Shown here piece by piece: positions 49,382 to 59,340 of a DNA stretch of 64,000 nucleotides. The DNA comes from an uncultured Lachnospiraceae bacterium. GTDB taxonomy: Bacteria > Bacillota > Clostridia > Oscillospirales > CAG-272. Below the pieces are notes generated by a model. That model had not been told where the DNA came from. It saw only the letters and a list, made by a program, of their open reading frames with translations, and searched no databases. The stretch is from the NCBI GenBank assembly GCA_964564225.1, contig CAZMAF010000002.1, forward strand, positions 2,199 to 66,198. The letters are read 5' to 3'. Each line of letters begins with the position of its first letter. The first letter of the stretch is position 1. The position numbers and the translations under genes are program-made.

Positions 49382-49891
49382 ATGAAAGAATCTTTATATA
49401 TTGAAGCGGGTAAAATTATCAATACTCACGGTATCGGCGGTGATGTCGTCGTGGAATCGTATTGTGATTCTCCGGAGGTTTTACAGTCATTGCCATCGCT
49501 TTTTTTGAAAAATAAAGACGGGTATATGAAGTTCACAATCAAAAAAGCAAGTTTATTTAAAGGACGCGTACTGTTTCATTTTGCGGGCTATGACTGTATA
49601 GAGGAGGCAATTCCGTTAAAAAACAAGATGATTTATGCGCTTCGCGAAGACTTTGCTCTTGAAGAAGGCGAGCATTTTATCGTTGATCTGATCGGACTTC
49701 CGATATATGATATTGAAAACGGCGAGATTTACGGAAAGTTGACCGATGTATTGAACTATGGGGCAAGCGATATTTACGAAATTGTAAAATGTGACGGAAC
49801 GAAGGCGTATATTCCTGTGGTAGATGAATTTGTGAAGTCGGTTGATCTTGAAAAGGGTATTGCCGTTTCGGTTATTGAGGGATTGTTATGA
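49382..49891 (+). CDS. rimM: 16S rRNA processing protein RimM
   Basis: GKIINTHGIGGDVVV and a PRC-barrel C-terminus. Start trimmed to ATG 49382. Confidence 0.88.
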   Translation: MKESLYIEAGKIINTHGIGGDVVVESYCDSPEVLQSLPSLFLKNKDGYMKFTIKKASLFKGRVLFHFAGYDCIEEAIPLKNKMIYALREDFALEEGEHFIVDLIGLPIYDIENGEIYGKLTDVLNYGASDIYEIVKCDGTKAYIPVVDEFVKSVDLEKGIAVSVIEGLL

Positions 49892-50565
49892 AGTTTGCGG
49901 TTATGACTTTGTTTCCTGATATGATCCGCTTTGTATGCTCGGAAAGTATTATCGGTAGGGCGTGCGATGCGGGTTATATCGAAATTGAAGCGCATGATAT
50001 CCGTGATTATTCCAAGGACAAGCATCGGCGTGTCGATGATACGCCGTATGGCGGCGGAATGGGCATGCTAATGGCGGCGCCGCCGGTATATGATTGTTAT
50101 ACGGATGTTATAGGACGTTTGAAAGGCTCGGTACGAACGATCTATATGTCACCGCAAGGCAGTCTTTTAACACAGAAGAAAGTGAAGGAACTTCGTCAAT
50201 ATGACAATCTTTTGATCCTTTGCGGACACTATGAGGGAATTGATGCGCGCGTGATCGAGGAAATCTGCGACGAGGAAATCTCAATCGGAGATTACGTTTT
50301 GACCGGCGGCGAGTTGCCTGCATGCATTCTTATCGATGCTGTTTCCAGAACCTGTGACGGTGTTTTGTCGGATGCCGAATGCTATGAAAATGAAAGCGTG
50401 TCTTGCGGAATGCTTGAGTATCCGCAGTATACGCGCCCGTATAATTTTCACGGAAAGAAAGTTCCGGATGTATTGCTTAGCGGCAATCATAAGGAAATAC
50501 AAAAATGGAGAGAACGCGAGGCCTTGCAGCTTACGATGAAAAAAAGGCCTGATCTTATCATTTGA
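49888..50565 (+). CDS. trmD: tRNA (guanine37-N1)-methyltransferase
   Basis: DDTPYGGGMGM and GHYEGIDARV, with an ATGA overlap with rimM. Confidence 0.95.
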   Translation: MKFAVMTLFPDMIRFVCSESIIGRACDAGYIEIEAHDIRDYSKDKHRRVDDTPYGGGMGMLMAAPPVYDCYTDVIGRLKGSVRTIYMSPQGSLLTQKKVKELRQYDNLLILCGHYEGIDARVIEEICDEEISIGDYVLTGGELPACILIDAVSRTCDGVLSDAECYENESVSCGMLEYPQYTRPYNFHGKKVPDVLLSGNHKEIQKWREREALQLTMKKRPDLII

Positions 50566-50596
50566 TTGTTTGGTGAATGTGATTTCCAAAGGGGTG

Positions 50597-52660
50597 ATGA
50601 AAATGAGTTTACGACCCAAAAAGGTAAGAAGAAAAAGTTTTTTCTTACGTGTGTTTGGCTCATTGAATAAGCGCTTTTACCGCTATGTGCAGAACGGTGC
50701 GGTAGGACGCTATCTTTCCGGTTATGATGCCTCGTGCGAGCGCTTGAATCATACGATGTTGAGCCGTTTGTTTTCAAAATGGAAAAAGAATGCAAATGGT
50801 TTTCAGGAAGCGCCGATTCTTGAGGAATTGCCGCCGGAGGCAGACGGAATCGTAACGTATGAAGAAGGTTCGATACGATGTGATGTGCGAGACAGATTTG
50901 CGGAGAAGTTTGATAAAAGCAGGCTTGTTGGCACTGCAAGGCAGTTTAAAAGCGTATTATTGAACACGCCGCTTGTCAACTATGGTCTCATCTTGTTCGG
51001 ATTTGCGTTGTTTTTGTTGATTTCTCAGGCAATGACCCTCTTTTTTGCGATATTTGACGTGCCGCTCGGTGTGTTTACTTATGCGCTTTCCAATGATACG
51101 GTTCTTACGGTAACGTATATGGCTGCGGCAGTTGTTCTGATGGGGCTTTCGTTGATATGGGTGTTTGCGCAAAACGGCTCGCTTGCTTCATTTATGCTTG
51201 ACAGTGTTTTGATCGGCTCTTTGCTGAATGCCACGATGGGCGTAACACAGATCCGTAAAACGACCTCTGACGCGAAGATTATTCCAAGACGATTTGCTTT
51301 TTTTATCGGAGTTCTTTTGGGAATTTTAACTTTCTTTGCCACGCCGCATTGGTTTTTTATCGTTTTGTTGGTGGCGGTCTTGGTCATGATCGTCATGAAT
51401 ATACCTGAGTTTGGTGTGATTTTCGGTATATTTGTGTTGCCGTATTTATCTCTTTTTGAGCATCCTACTGTAATTGCTGTTCTGCTGATTGTGCTGTTGT
51501 TCGTTTCAACCGTATTGAAGCTTTTGCGCGGTAAACGTACGTATCGTTTTGAGCCGCTTGATATTTACGTGGGTATTTTCTTGATCCTTACGCTTTTGGG
51601 CGGTATCATTACGGTGGGCGGTACTGACTCTGCTGTCAGAGCGTTGACGCTTTTTGCATTTGGAATGAGTTATTTTATTCTTAAAGTTCTGGTGCGTGAT
51701 GAGGCTTGGCTGAAACGTTGTATTGATGCGCTGATTGCTTCGTCGATTCCTGTTTCGGTTTTGGCGATTGTTGAGTTTATTCTTGGAAAGGCAAGCTCGA
51801 AATGGCAAGATATGGCTGTTTTTTCTTCGCTATCTGGAAGAGCTTCTTCGCTGTGGGATAATCCGAATGTTCTGGCTGAATTTTTGTTGATCGCATTTTT
51901 TGTTTCTCTGGGTAGTTTTTTTGCGCATAAGCAAGCTACACAGAAGTTTTTATCGCTCGTTGTACTGGGCTTGAATGGTGCGGCACTTGTGTTTACCTGG
52001 TCGCGAGGCGCATGGATCGCGCTTGCGGTTGCTTTAATAGGTATTTTGCTTTTATATTCTCATAAGTCACTGCCCTTTGTGCTGGTTGGGCTTGCTGTAT
52101 CCGTTGCGGCTTTTGTGTTTCTTCCTGAGTCGTTTGTTGTCCGTGTTCAAAGTATTGTGACTTTTTCCGACTCCTCTACGTTGTATCGCATTCACATTTG
52201 GCAGGGCTGTTCCGCGCTTATTCGCGATGTATTCTGGTCCGGGGTCGGCATTGGTGAGGAAGCCTTCCGTGCTTCGTATTTGCCGTATGCGCTTTCAGGC
52301 ATCGAAAATGCTCCGCATGCGCATAATCTTGCATTGCAGATCGTTATTGAACTTGGCATTGTTGGATTTTTGGTTTTTGTTATTATGCTCGTATCGGTCA
52401 CACGAGTGGTTTTTACTCTTTTTGCAAAATGCAGAATGAATCACAGCATATCGTTGTATGCACTTGGCGTATACGGCGCGTTGTCAGCGTTGCTGTTGCA
52501 TGGTGTGACCGATTACGTCTGGTATAATATGCGTATTTATTTGCTCTTTTTCGTGTTGATTGGGATTTTGTCTGCCGCAAGACAAATCGGTAGTCGGTCA
52601 GTAACGGATTGTGTGAGGGAAGCAGATCGTTGCGATCTGGATATATCGGTTCGCAGGTGA
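50597..52660 (+). CDS. O-antigen ligase/Wzy_C-domain polytopic membrane protein with a ~125-aa N-terminal soluble extension
   Basis: At least 10 TM segments. LVFTWSRGAWIALAVAL is the Wzy_C hallmark. The start is ATG 50597 or 50603 (AAAGGGG RBS). Confidence 0.65.
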   Translation: MKMSLRPKKVRRKSFFLRVFGSLNKRFYRYVQNGAVGRYLSGYDASCERLNHTMLSRLFSKWKKNANGFQEAPILEELPPEADGIVTYEEGSIRCDVRDRFAEKFDKSRLVGTARQFKSVLLNTPLVNYGLILFGFALFLLISQAMTLFFAIFDVPLGVFTYALSNDTVLTVTYMAAAVVLMGLSLIWVFAQNGSLASFMLDSVLIGSLLNATMGVTQIRKTTSDAKIIPRRFAFFIGVLLGILTFFATPHWFFIVLLVAVLVMIVMNIPEFGVIFGIFVLPYLSLFEHPTVIAVLLIVLLFVSTVLKLLRGKRTYRFEPLDIYVGIFLILTLLGGIITVGGTDSAVRALTLFAFGMSYFILKVLVRDEAWLKRCIDALIASSIPVSVLAIVEFILGKASSKWQDMAVFSSLSGRASSLWDNPNVLAEFLLIAFFVSLGSFFAHKQATQKFLSLVVLGLNGAALVFTWSRGAWIALAVALIGILLLYSHKSLPFVLVGLAVSVAAFVFLPESFVVRVQSIVTFSDSSTLYRIHIWQGCSALIRDVFWSGVGIGEEAFRASYLPYALSGIENAPHAHNLALQIVIELGIVGFLVFVIMLVSVTRVVFTLFAKCRMNHSISLYALGVYGALSALLLHGVTDYVWYNMRIYLLFFVLIGILSAARQIGSRSVTDCVREADRCDLDISVRR

Positions 52661-52688
52661 GTGTCTGTGTTGGAAAGGATTATGGCTT

Positions 52689-53228
52689 ATGAACAATAAA
52701 ATGAAAAACAGACGGCGCACCCCGTTTAATGTCGTGGATGCAGGTATTTTACTTTTACTGCTTGTGGTACTTCTTGTCTCGGTGTTTTTTGTCTTTTTTG
52801 CAGACCGTATTTCATTCGGACCTTCGGCGCAGGGAAGCGATCGGAAAACAGTGATTTATACGCTTGAAATCCGGGGTATTGATAACGATTTGCTGAATGA
52901 GAATAAAAGTTTGCCGATTGCTAAAGGGGAAGAAGTGTATCACATTGGCGATTCGTATACTCTCGGTAAAGTCAGATCCGTCAGTGAAGCTATGCCGTAT
53001 ATGGCAGCGACGTCAGCGGTTGATGCAGCGGGCGATTTGATTTATGCCCCCCGTCCCGATAAAAGCAGTTTTTTGATTGAGATTGAAGCGGAGGCATCGT
53101 TTACGGATGGAAGTTATACGATTGACGGCAAAATACTGCGTATAGGTGATACGTTTACAATGGCGACCCCCTTTTTTACAGCAGAGGCATATTGCAAGGA
53201 TATTGAGGAGGTAAAGGGTAATGAATGA
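52689..53228 (+). CDS. Single-pass membrane protein, DUF4330-like, function unknown
   Basis: Basic N-terminus, a TM segment (FNVVDAGILLLLLVVLLVSVFFVFF) and a ~130-aa extracytoplasmic domain. The family name is recalled, not searched. Confidence 0.5.
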   Translation: MNNKMKNRRRTPFNVVDAGILLLLLVVLLVSVFFVFFADRISFGPSAQGSDRKTVIYTLEIRGIDNDLLNENKSLPIAKGEEVYHIGDSYTLGKVRSVSEAMPYMAATSAVDAAGDLIYAPRPDKSSFLIEIEAEASFTDGSYTIDGKILRIGDTFTMATPFFTAEAYCKDIEEVKGNE

Positions 53229-53769
53229 GAATGAAAAGCTATTTTCTATGGATGCCCAAATTACCGAAAAGTCAGTAGCCACTGACAACCGCGTAAAAAA
53301 AAGACATTTTACCGCTTTGGATTTTGGGTTGATTGTTGTTTTGTTGCTTTCGATTCTTGGAATTGGTTTTCGTACGGTAATTGCCGATTGGATTATGAAA
53401 TCGACACCGGAAGAAACGGTAACGATTCTTTTTAAAGCAGAAGGCGTTACGGCGGAACAACTTTCCCGTATGCAAAAGGATCGCGTATTAACGTTAAACG
53501 GGAAGGCGTTTGGAAAATTGCAATCGTTTACTTCGCAAAACGGTAAAATTGTTGTGGAACAAAAGAATGAAGAAGGCGTAGTAGAATTTATAACTGTGGA
53601 AGATCAGAACAGTTATACAGTTTCGGGTGTCATTGACATCAGCGGTCGATATACCGACCAAGGATTCGTTTGCCAGGAAAATACGAATTTATATGTGGGT
53701 AAAATACTCAATATTAATTCCAATTCCTATACGATAACTGTATTAATTACCGAAATTCCGCGAAAATAA
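53221..53769 (+). CDS. Single-pass membrane protein, second DUF4330-like paralogue
   Basis: Same architecture (FTALDFGLIVVLLLSILGIGF). 8-nt overlap with the preceding gene. Confidence 0.5.
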   Translation: MNENEKLFSMDAQITEKSVATDNRVKKRHFTALDFGLIVVLLLSILGIGFRTVIADWIMKSTPEETVTILFKAEGVTAEQLSRMQKDRVLTLNGKAFGKLQSFTSQNGKIVVEQKNEEGVVEFITVEDQNSYTVSGVIDISGRYTDQGFVCQENTNLYVGKILNINSNSYTITVLITEIPRK

Positions 53770-53790
53770 ATGATTTTTCGCGATTAGGTC

Positions 53791-53819
53791 TTGATTTTTT
53801 CTTTTGATACTGCTATAAT
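53791..53819 (+). promoter_or_regulatory. Sigma-A promoter of ptsH
   Basis: TTGATT-N17-TATAAT. Confidence 0.55.
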
Positions 53820-53874
53820 GGTTGTGCTATATTGTAGTTAGTGAAAGTGTTTTAGACTAAGGAGAACAATTGTC

Positions 53875-54141
53875 ATGATTTCTAAAGAGATAACGGTGCA
53901 GAATTTGCAAGGACTTCACGCAAGACCCGCAACGTTTTTTATTAAGAAAGCCAATTCTTACAAATGCTCGATCTGGGTAGAGAAGGATGAAAGAAGAGTG
54001 AATGCAAAGTCGCTTCTCGGTGTCTTGTCGTTGGGTATTGCTAAGGGTATGACGGTAACGGTTATCGCTGACGGAAATGACGAAACTTCTGCAGTTGAGG
54101 GACTTTGCTCGTTGATCGAAAACGGACTCGTCGGTGAATAA
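53875..54141 (+). CDS. ptsH: Phosphocarrier protein HPr (His15 and Ser46 both present)
   Basis: GLHARPA and VNAKSLLGVLSLG. Confidence 0.9.
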   Translation: MISKEITVQNLQGLHARPATFFIKKANSYKCSIWVEKDERRVNAKSLLGVLSLGIAKGMTVTVIADGNDETSAVEGLCSLIENGLVGE

Positions 54142-54199
54142 TCGATAGACGTCGTTTCGGTTAATGTTATAAGCGATTTTTCGTATAACGAAACGTGAT

Positions 54200-54236
54200 A
54201 AGACTGTTGCGCTTTATTTGCAACAGTCTTTTTTGA
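54200..54236 (+). terminator. Terminator after ptsH
   Basis: AGACTGTTGC-GCTTTATTT-GCAACAGTCT followed by TTTTTT. Confidence 0.8.
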
Positions 54237-54253
54237 TATGTCAGAGGCGTAAT

Positions 54254-56080
54254 ATGCAAGATAATGTTCGTCAATTATTGAGAAAAAAAGCAATGGATCT
54301 TCCATTGACTCCCGGCGTGTATCTTATGAAAAATGCTGACGGAAAAATTATATACGTCGGAAAATCCAAAGCGCTCCGTAACCGTGTATCGCAGTATTTT
54401 CTGGATGTGCCGAAAGACGTAAAAACGGCGGCAATGGTGGCATTGGTACGGGATTTTGAATTTATGCTTACCGACACGGAGATTGAAGCGTTTACTCTTG
54501 AAAATAAACTGATCAAGCTTCACAAGCCTAAGTACAATATTCTTTTGAAGGATTCCAAAAATTATCCATATATCAAAGTGACTATGGATGAAGAATATCC
54601 GAGAGTTGTGATGGTTCGTAAAAGAACCCGTGATAAAGCAAAATATTTTGGGCCGTATTCTTCGTCCTTTCTTGCTATGCGTGTAATTAAAACGGTTAAT
54701 CGGATTTTTGGATTGCCGACCTGTAAGCGACAGTTTCCGCGTGATATCGGCAAGGAGCGGCCGTGTATATACAGCCAGATCGGACAGTGTATGGCCGTTT
54801 GTGACGGTCGGATCAGCGCTCAGGAATATCGCGAGGCATTTCCTGCTATTTTATCGTTTTTGCGGGGGAATTTTAAACAGGTCAAAGCAATTTTGCAGGA
54901 AAAGATGCAATACGCTTCTCAACATCTTGCATTTGAGGCGGCGGCGATATACCGCGATCGGATAAACGCGCTTTCGTTACTCTGGGAAAAGCAGAAGATC
55001 GTCGGAGCGCCCGGAGATGAATACGACGTAATTTCTTTGTATAAGCACGAGCTTTCCTCTTGTCTTGCGATTTATTACGTGCGGGACGGGGCGGTGATCG
55101 ACTCGGATAACTTTGTGTTTTCGGGCGAAAAGCTTGTGGAGGAGGACTCTCTTTCTGCGTTTTTATTCGCACTTTACGAGCGCCGTGATTATATTCCGAA
55201 GACTTTGTATCTTGGTTTTTCATTGAGTTTGGAGCATCTGGAGCTGTTAAAGGAACAATTGAGCCGTCTTGCTGAGCGCCGCGTGTCATTACTGATTCCG
55301 CAAAGGGGAGAGTATAAACAGCTTTGTGATCTCGTGGCAGATAATGCGCGTATTCATGCCAATGCTTATAATGCGGAGGCGGAGCGCAATGATGAAGTGT
55401 TACTCAGGTTAGCATCTATCTTGGGATTGGAGGTTGTGCCTGAACGGATTGAGGCGATTGATATTTCTAATTATGGGAGGGATACGTGCGTTGCGGGTTT
55501 GATTGCTCTTGAAAACGGAAAGCTTGATAAAAAGCGGTATCGTACGTATAAGATCCGTTCGCTTAATGAAAAACCGGACGATTACGCGGCGATGCGCGAG
55601 GCGATCGAAAGGCGGTTGTCACACATTGATGAAGATCCATTGCCGGATCTCTTTCTGCTTGACGGCGGAAAAACTCACGTTGCAATAATTAAAGCTATTT
55701 TGCGAGAAAAGGGTGTCCGGCTTCCTGTTTTTGGAATGGTAAAGGACGATTTTCATAAAACGAGAGCTTTAGTGGATGAAGAATCGGAAATCAGTATAGC
55801 CAGGGAGCATTCGGTTTTTGTTTTCATTTATAAAATTCAGGAAGAAGTGCACCGCTTCGCTTTGAAAATGATGAAGAACATCAAAAGTAAAACGACTACA
55901 CGCTCTGTTTTACAAGATATTAAAGGAATTGGGCATAAAAAGGCGGCGCTTCTTTTAAGGGTATTTAAGAGCATAAAAGCCATCAAAGAAGCGGCGGTTG
56001 ATGATCTTGCGGAAGTATCGGGAATATCGCGGCGGGATGCCGAAGCCATATACCGTTACTTTCATCAAGAAAACGAGTAA
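54254..56080 (+). CDS. uvrC: Excinuclease ABC subunit C
   Basis: GIY-YIG (PGVYLMKNADGKIIYVGKSKALRNRVSQY) and a C-terminal HhH. Start trimmed to ATG 54254. Confidence 0.95.
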   Translation: MQDNVRQLLRKKAMDLPLTPGVYLMKNADGKIIYVGKSKALRNRVSQYFLDVPKDVKTAAMVALVRDFEFMLTDTEIEAFTLENKLIKLHKPKYNILLKDSKNYPYIKVTMDEEYPRVVMVRKRTRDKAKYFGPYSSSFLAMRVIKTVNRIFGLPTCKRQFPRDIGKERPCIYSQIGQCMAVCDGRISAQEYREAFPAILSFLRGNFKQVKAILQEKMQYASQHLAFEAAAIYRDRINALSLLWEKQKIVGAPGDEYDVISLYKHELSSCLAIYYVRDGAVIDSDNFVFSGEKLVEEDSLSAFLFALYERRDYIPKTLYLGFSLSLEHLELLKEQLSRLAERRVSLLIPQRGEYKQLCDLVADNARIHANAYNAEAERNDEVLLRLASILGLEVVPERIEAIDISNYGRDTCVAGLIALENGKLDKKRYRTYKIRSLNEKPDDYAAMREAIERRLSHIDEDPLPDLFLLDGGKTHVAIIKAILREKGVRLPVFGMVKDDFHKTRALVDEESEISIAREHSVFVFIYKIQEEVHRFALKMMKNIKSKTTTRSVLQDIKGIGHKKAALLLRVFKSIKAIKEAAVDDLAEVSGISRRDAEAIYRYFHQENE

Positions 56081-56100
56081 AAGGGAAAAGAGGAAAGACT

Positions 56101-56664
56101 ATGAGAATTATTACGGGTAGCGCCAGAAGCGTTCGTTTGATCGCGCTTGAAGGTGAGGAGGTCACACGTCCGACGAGCGAACGTGTGAAGGAAGCGCTTT
56201 TTTCGATGATTCAATTTGATCTTGAGGGCAGACGCATTCTTGATCTGTTTGCCGGGTCGGGTCAGCTTGGACTTGAGGCATTGTCGCGCGGTGCGGTGAG
56301 TGCGCTTTTTTCCGATGCTGACAGAAATGCCTGTGACGTGATCAAAAAGAATGCGCAAAAAACGAAGCTTTATGAAAAATCACGTGTTTTAAATACTGAT
56401 TATAAGGCAGTTATCCGAGGCTGTCAGGGACGTGAAAAATTCGACATTGTGTTTCTTGATCCGCCGTATGCATCGGATATGCTTCAGGATGCGATTGATC
56501 GGATGGTGAGGGCGGATATTCTTGCTGACGGCGCTTTAATTTGCTGTGAAAGTAACCGAGATATGCCATTTGGTGGAGAAGGGCTTTACGTGAAGCGTTT
56601 TGCCCGATATTCGCAAACGTATTTAACGATTCTTGTCAATGGAAAGGAAGAAGCGGATGGCTGA
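56101..56664 (+). CDS. rsmD: 16S rRNA (guanine966-N2)-methyltransferase RsmD
   Basis: MRIITG...RPTSERVKEALFS...LDLFAGSGQLGLEALSRGA...DPPY. Confidence 0.88.
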   Translation: MRIITGSARSVRLIALEGEEVTRPTSERVKEALFSMIQFDLEGRRILDLFAGSGQLGLEALSRGAVSALFSDADRNACDVIKKNAQKTKLYEKSRVLNTDYKAVIRGCQGREKFDIVFLDPPYASDMLQDAIDRMVRADILADGALICCESNRDMPFGGEGLYVKRFARYSQTYLTILVNGKEEADG

Positions 56665-57154
56665 GGTTCTTTTGACAGGTAGTTTTGATCCGATTACGCG
56701 CGGTCATTTTGCCATGATCGAAACCGCAGCCCGTGCTTTTGATGAAGTAACGGTTTGTATGTTTATCAATCCTGATAAAACGTATATGTTTAATCGGGAG
56801 CAACGTCTTTTATTGATACGCGAGGGAATCAAGGAACTGAATCTCGGAAACGTGAAGGTGGATTTTTCTGACGGTTACGTTGCTGATTATGCAAAATCGC
56901 ATGGAATCGGTTTTGTGGCGCGAGGGGTAAGAAATGCGGATGATATGATGTATGAATTGGAGATGGCGCGCTACAATCACGAGCGAAATCCCGATCTTGA
57001 AACGTGGCTCTGGGCATCGACGTTTGAGGATGCGGGAATTTCCTCCTCTGCGGCAAGAAAATCGTTAAAAGACGGTGTGATCCCGCAGGATATGCTCCTG
57101 CCTTCTACTGCTAAATTGATTGGCGAAATTCTGAATATTGGTAAAACGGTCTGA
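56657..57154 (+). CDS. coaD: Phosphopantetheine adenylyltransferase
   Basis: GSFDPITRGH. Start trimmed to ATG 56657 (8-nt overlap with rsmD). Confidence 0.92.
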   Translation: MAEVLLTGSFDPITRGHFAMIETAARAFDEVTVCMFINPDKTYMFNREQRLLLIREGIKELNLGNVKVDFSDGYVADYAKSHGIGFVARGVRNADDMMYELEMARYNHERNPDLETWLWASTFEDAGISSSAARKSLKDGVIPQDMLLPSTAKLIGEILNIGKTV

Positions 57155-57174
57155 ATAATCATACGTTCTTTTTT

Positions 57175-57230
57175 GTGGCGTATGCCGTTCTTTTTTTGAG
57201 AACGGCATACGCCACTTTTTCTTTTTTTGT
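57175..57230 (+). terminator. Strong terminator after coaD
   Basis: Perfect 16-bp stem GTGGCGTATGCCGTTC/GAACGGCATACGCCAC followed by T-runs. Confidence 0.88.
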
Positions 57231-57397
57231 GCTAAAATGACAAAAAAATATATCGAATATGGGCGTGATATATCAATTTTGAGAAGATTTCATAATAAAA
57301 AAGAACATATTTTCTGAACGCTGTCGAAAAAATTATATTTTCGTTCTGCACAATCGAAAAAATATGAAATTTCTTTGAAAAAGAAGATAAATTCCTC

Positions 57398-57426
57398 TTG
57401 CGTTATTTATAAGGAACGATTATAAT
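57398..57426 (+). promoter_or_regulatory. Sigma-A promoter of the dcw cluster (mraZ)
   Basis: TTGCGT-N17-TATAAT, 50 nt upstream of mraZ. Confidence 0.6.
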
Positions 57427-57476
57427 AAGGTTGTGGATGAAAATGGAGTAAAAAAGAGGAAAGGGGAGTGAAAAGT

Positions 57477-57896
57477 ATGATGCTGGGCGAACACAGACAT
57501 ACGTTGGATGCCAAGAACCGTACTTTTCTGCCCGCAAAACTTCGTGAAGCACTCGGCGGAACTGTTATTATCGCTCGCGGTGTTGATAAGTGTTTGACGG
57601 TATATCCTCTTGACAGCTGGCAAAAATTTCAGGAAACTATTGAAAATTATCCGCCGATCAAAGCACGACAGGTGCGAAGATGGGTATACGGCCTTTCTCA
57701 GGATACTTCGGTTGACGCACAAGGCAGAATTGTGATTCCTCCTGTCTTTAAAGCATACGCCGGACTTGATAAGAACATTGTTTCACTCGGCGTCGGCGAT
57801 CATATCGAAATCTGGAATGAAGATGATTACGATGCGATGGTTAGTGATATGAGCGCAGAGGAAATTGCAGAAACTCTGATAGAAATGGGTATGTAA
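57477..57896 (+). CDS. mraZ: Transcriptional regulator MraZ
   Basis: MMLGEHRHTLDAKNRTFLPAKLRE, a duplicated SpoVT-AbrB fold and an AGGGGAG RBS. Confidence 0.92.
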   Translation: MMLGEHRHTLDAKNRTFLPAKLREALGGTVIIARGVDKCLTVYPLDSWQKFQETIENYPPIKARQVRRWVYGLSQDTSVDAQGRIVIPPVFKAYAGLDKNIVSLGVGDHIEIWNEDDYDAMVSDMSAEEIAETLIEMGM

Positions 57897-57897
57897 T

Positions 57898-58836
57898 ATG
57901 TCATCCTTTTCGCATTATTCCGTGTTACTCCGCGAGTCCTGTGAAGGACTTAATATAAAAGAAGATGGAATTTACTTTGACTGTACTGCCGGCGGCGGCG
58001 GACACAGTCTTGAAATAGTTAAGCATCTTTCGAAAAACGGCAAATTGATTGCCATTGACCAGGATGCCGCGGCGATTGCTGCCGCAAGCGAACGTCTTTC
58101 GGATTATGCTGATAGAGTTATTTTTGTACGTTCGAACTTTTCTTTCGCCCAATCAATTGCCGAGTCGTTGAACATTGACAGCGTCAACGGTGCGGTAATT
58201 GATTTGGGCGTGTCATCTTACCAATTAGATACCGCTGAACGCGGTTTTGCTTATATGCACGATGCTTATCTTGATATGAGAATGGATCAGGATGCTCGAC
58301 TTACTGCTTACGACGTTGTAAACACTTATGATGAAGGCAGATTGAAAAAAATTCTTTTTGATTACGGGGAGGAAAAATTTGCCCCTCAGATCGCGCGTAT
58401 GATCGTGAATGAACGGACTGTGAAGCCGATTGAAACAACGCAACAGTTGGTAGAGCTGATTAAGCGTGCGATTCCGATGAAGGCGCAGATCGGTGGACAT
58501 CACCCTGCTAAAAGAAGTTTTCAGGCAATTCGCATCGAGGTAAACGGTGAGCTTGCCGTGATCGAGCCAACACTCAGATCGTTGGTGGAGCTGTTAGCTC
58601 CCGGCGGCAGACTTTCCGTGATTACCTTTCATTCACTTGAAGATCGCATTGTTAAACAGACATTTGCCGATCTTGCAAGCGGTTGTACTTGTCCGCCCGG
58701 TTTTCCTGTGTGCGTTTGTGGAAATAAACCGAAAATCAAGTTGGTTAATAAAAAGCCGATTTTGCCGTCTGCGAAAGAACTTGAGGAAAATCCTCGTTCG
58801 CGCAGTGCAAAGCTCAGAATAATCGAAAAGCTTTGA
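57898..58836 (+). CDS. rsmH: 16S rRNA (cytosine1402-N4)-methyltransferase RsmH
   Basis: HYSVLLRE...DCTAGGGGHS...DLGVSSYQLD. Confidence 0.95.
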   Translation: MSSFSHYSVLLRESCEGLNIKEDGIYFDCTAGGGGHSLEIVKHLSKNGKLIAIDQDAAAIAAASERLSDYADRVIFVRSNFSFAQSIAESLNIDSVNGAVIDLGVSSYQLDTAERGFAYMHDAYLDMRMDQDARLTAYDVVNTYDEGRLKKILFDYGEEKFAPQIARMIVNERTVKPIETTQQLVELIKRAIPMKAQIGGHHPAKRSFQAIRIEVNGELAVIEPTLRSLVELLAPGGRLSVITFHSLEDRIVKQTFADLASGCTCPPGFPVCVCGNKPKIKLVNKKPILPSAKELEENPRSRSAKLRIIEKL

Positions 58837-58858
58837 CTTTTTGCAGATCGGAGTAAGT

Positions 58859-59233
58859 ATGAATGATTTGAGATTTCAGAAATCGGAAGATACGCACCTC
58901 GTTATGAGTTCGGATGATCTTCCGATTTTCTCGTCAGTTCGGCGGGAGCATGATAATAGAACCAAAACAAGACAATTCGTTCTGGCTATCGTTTGTCTTA
59001 CCGTCGTTTTAATGACTGCGGTGGCTTCCTGTGTGGCATTAAACGAGGCTACAATAACGGCTTCGCGTTTGAAAAGTGAAATCGCTATTCTTGAAAAGCA
59101 GAATAAAGAGTATGCTTGGGAGCTTGAAAAGAAAAATGATATGGTTGCATTCGAGCAATACGCGGTGAACGAGTTGGGTATGCTCAAGGGTCAGCAGAAT
59201 CCGACTGATGAGAGAGAAGATGTAATTGAGTAG
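58859..59233 (+). CDS. ftsL: Cell-division protein FtsL-like (bitopic, coiled coil)
   Basis: The position between rsmH and the PBP gene, one TM segment (FVLAIVCLTVVLMTAVASCVAL) and a coiled coil. Start trimmed to ATG 58859. Confidence 0.65.
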   Translation: MNDLRFQKSEDTHLVMSSDDLPIFSSVRREHDNRTKTRQFVLAIVCLTVVLMTAVASCVALNEATITASRLKSEIAILEKQNKEYAWELEKKNDMVAFEQYAVNELGMLKGQQNPTDEREDVIE

Positions 59234-59340
59234 ATCGGACGTATAAAGAAAATCTATATTTGCCGTTTTAAGAAATATATTTTATAAAACGGTAATAGAA
59301 TAGTAAGGCTACGCCGCTTGCCAATTGTAATATTGACAAA

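Noticed and set aside
57431-57470. MraZ-box-like direct repeats (GTGGAT-N6-TGGAGT-N..-GAGGA) in the mraZ leader
   Set aside because: Only two TGGA units have the ~10-bp periodicity expected for MraZ sites. The third is off-phase and overlaps the purine-rich RBS. This is too degenerate to call without a comparative alignment.
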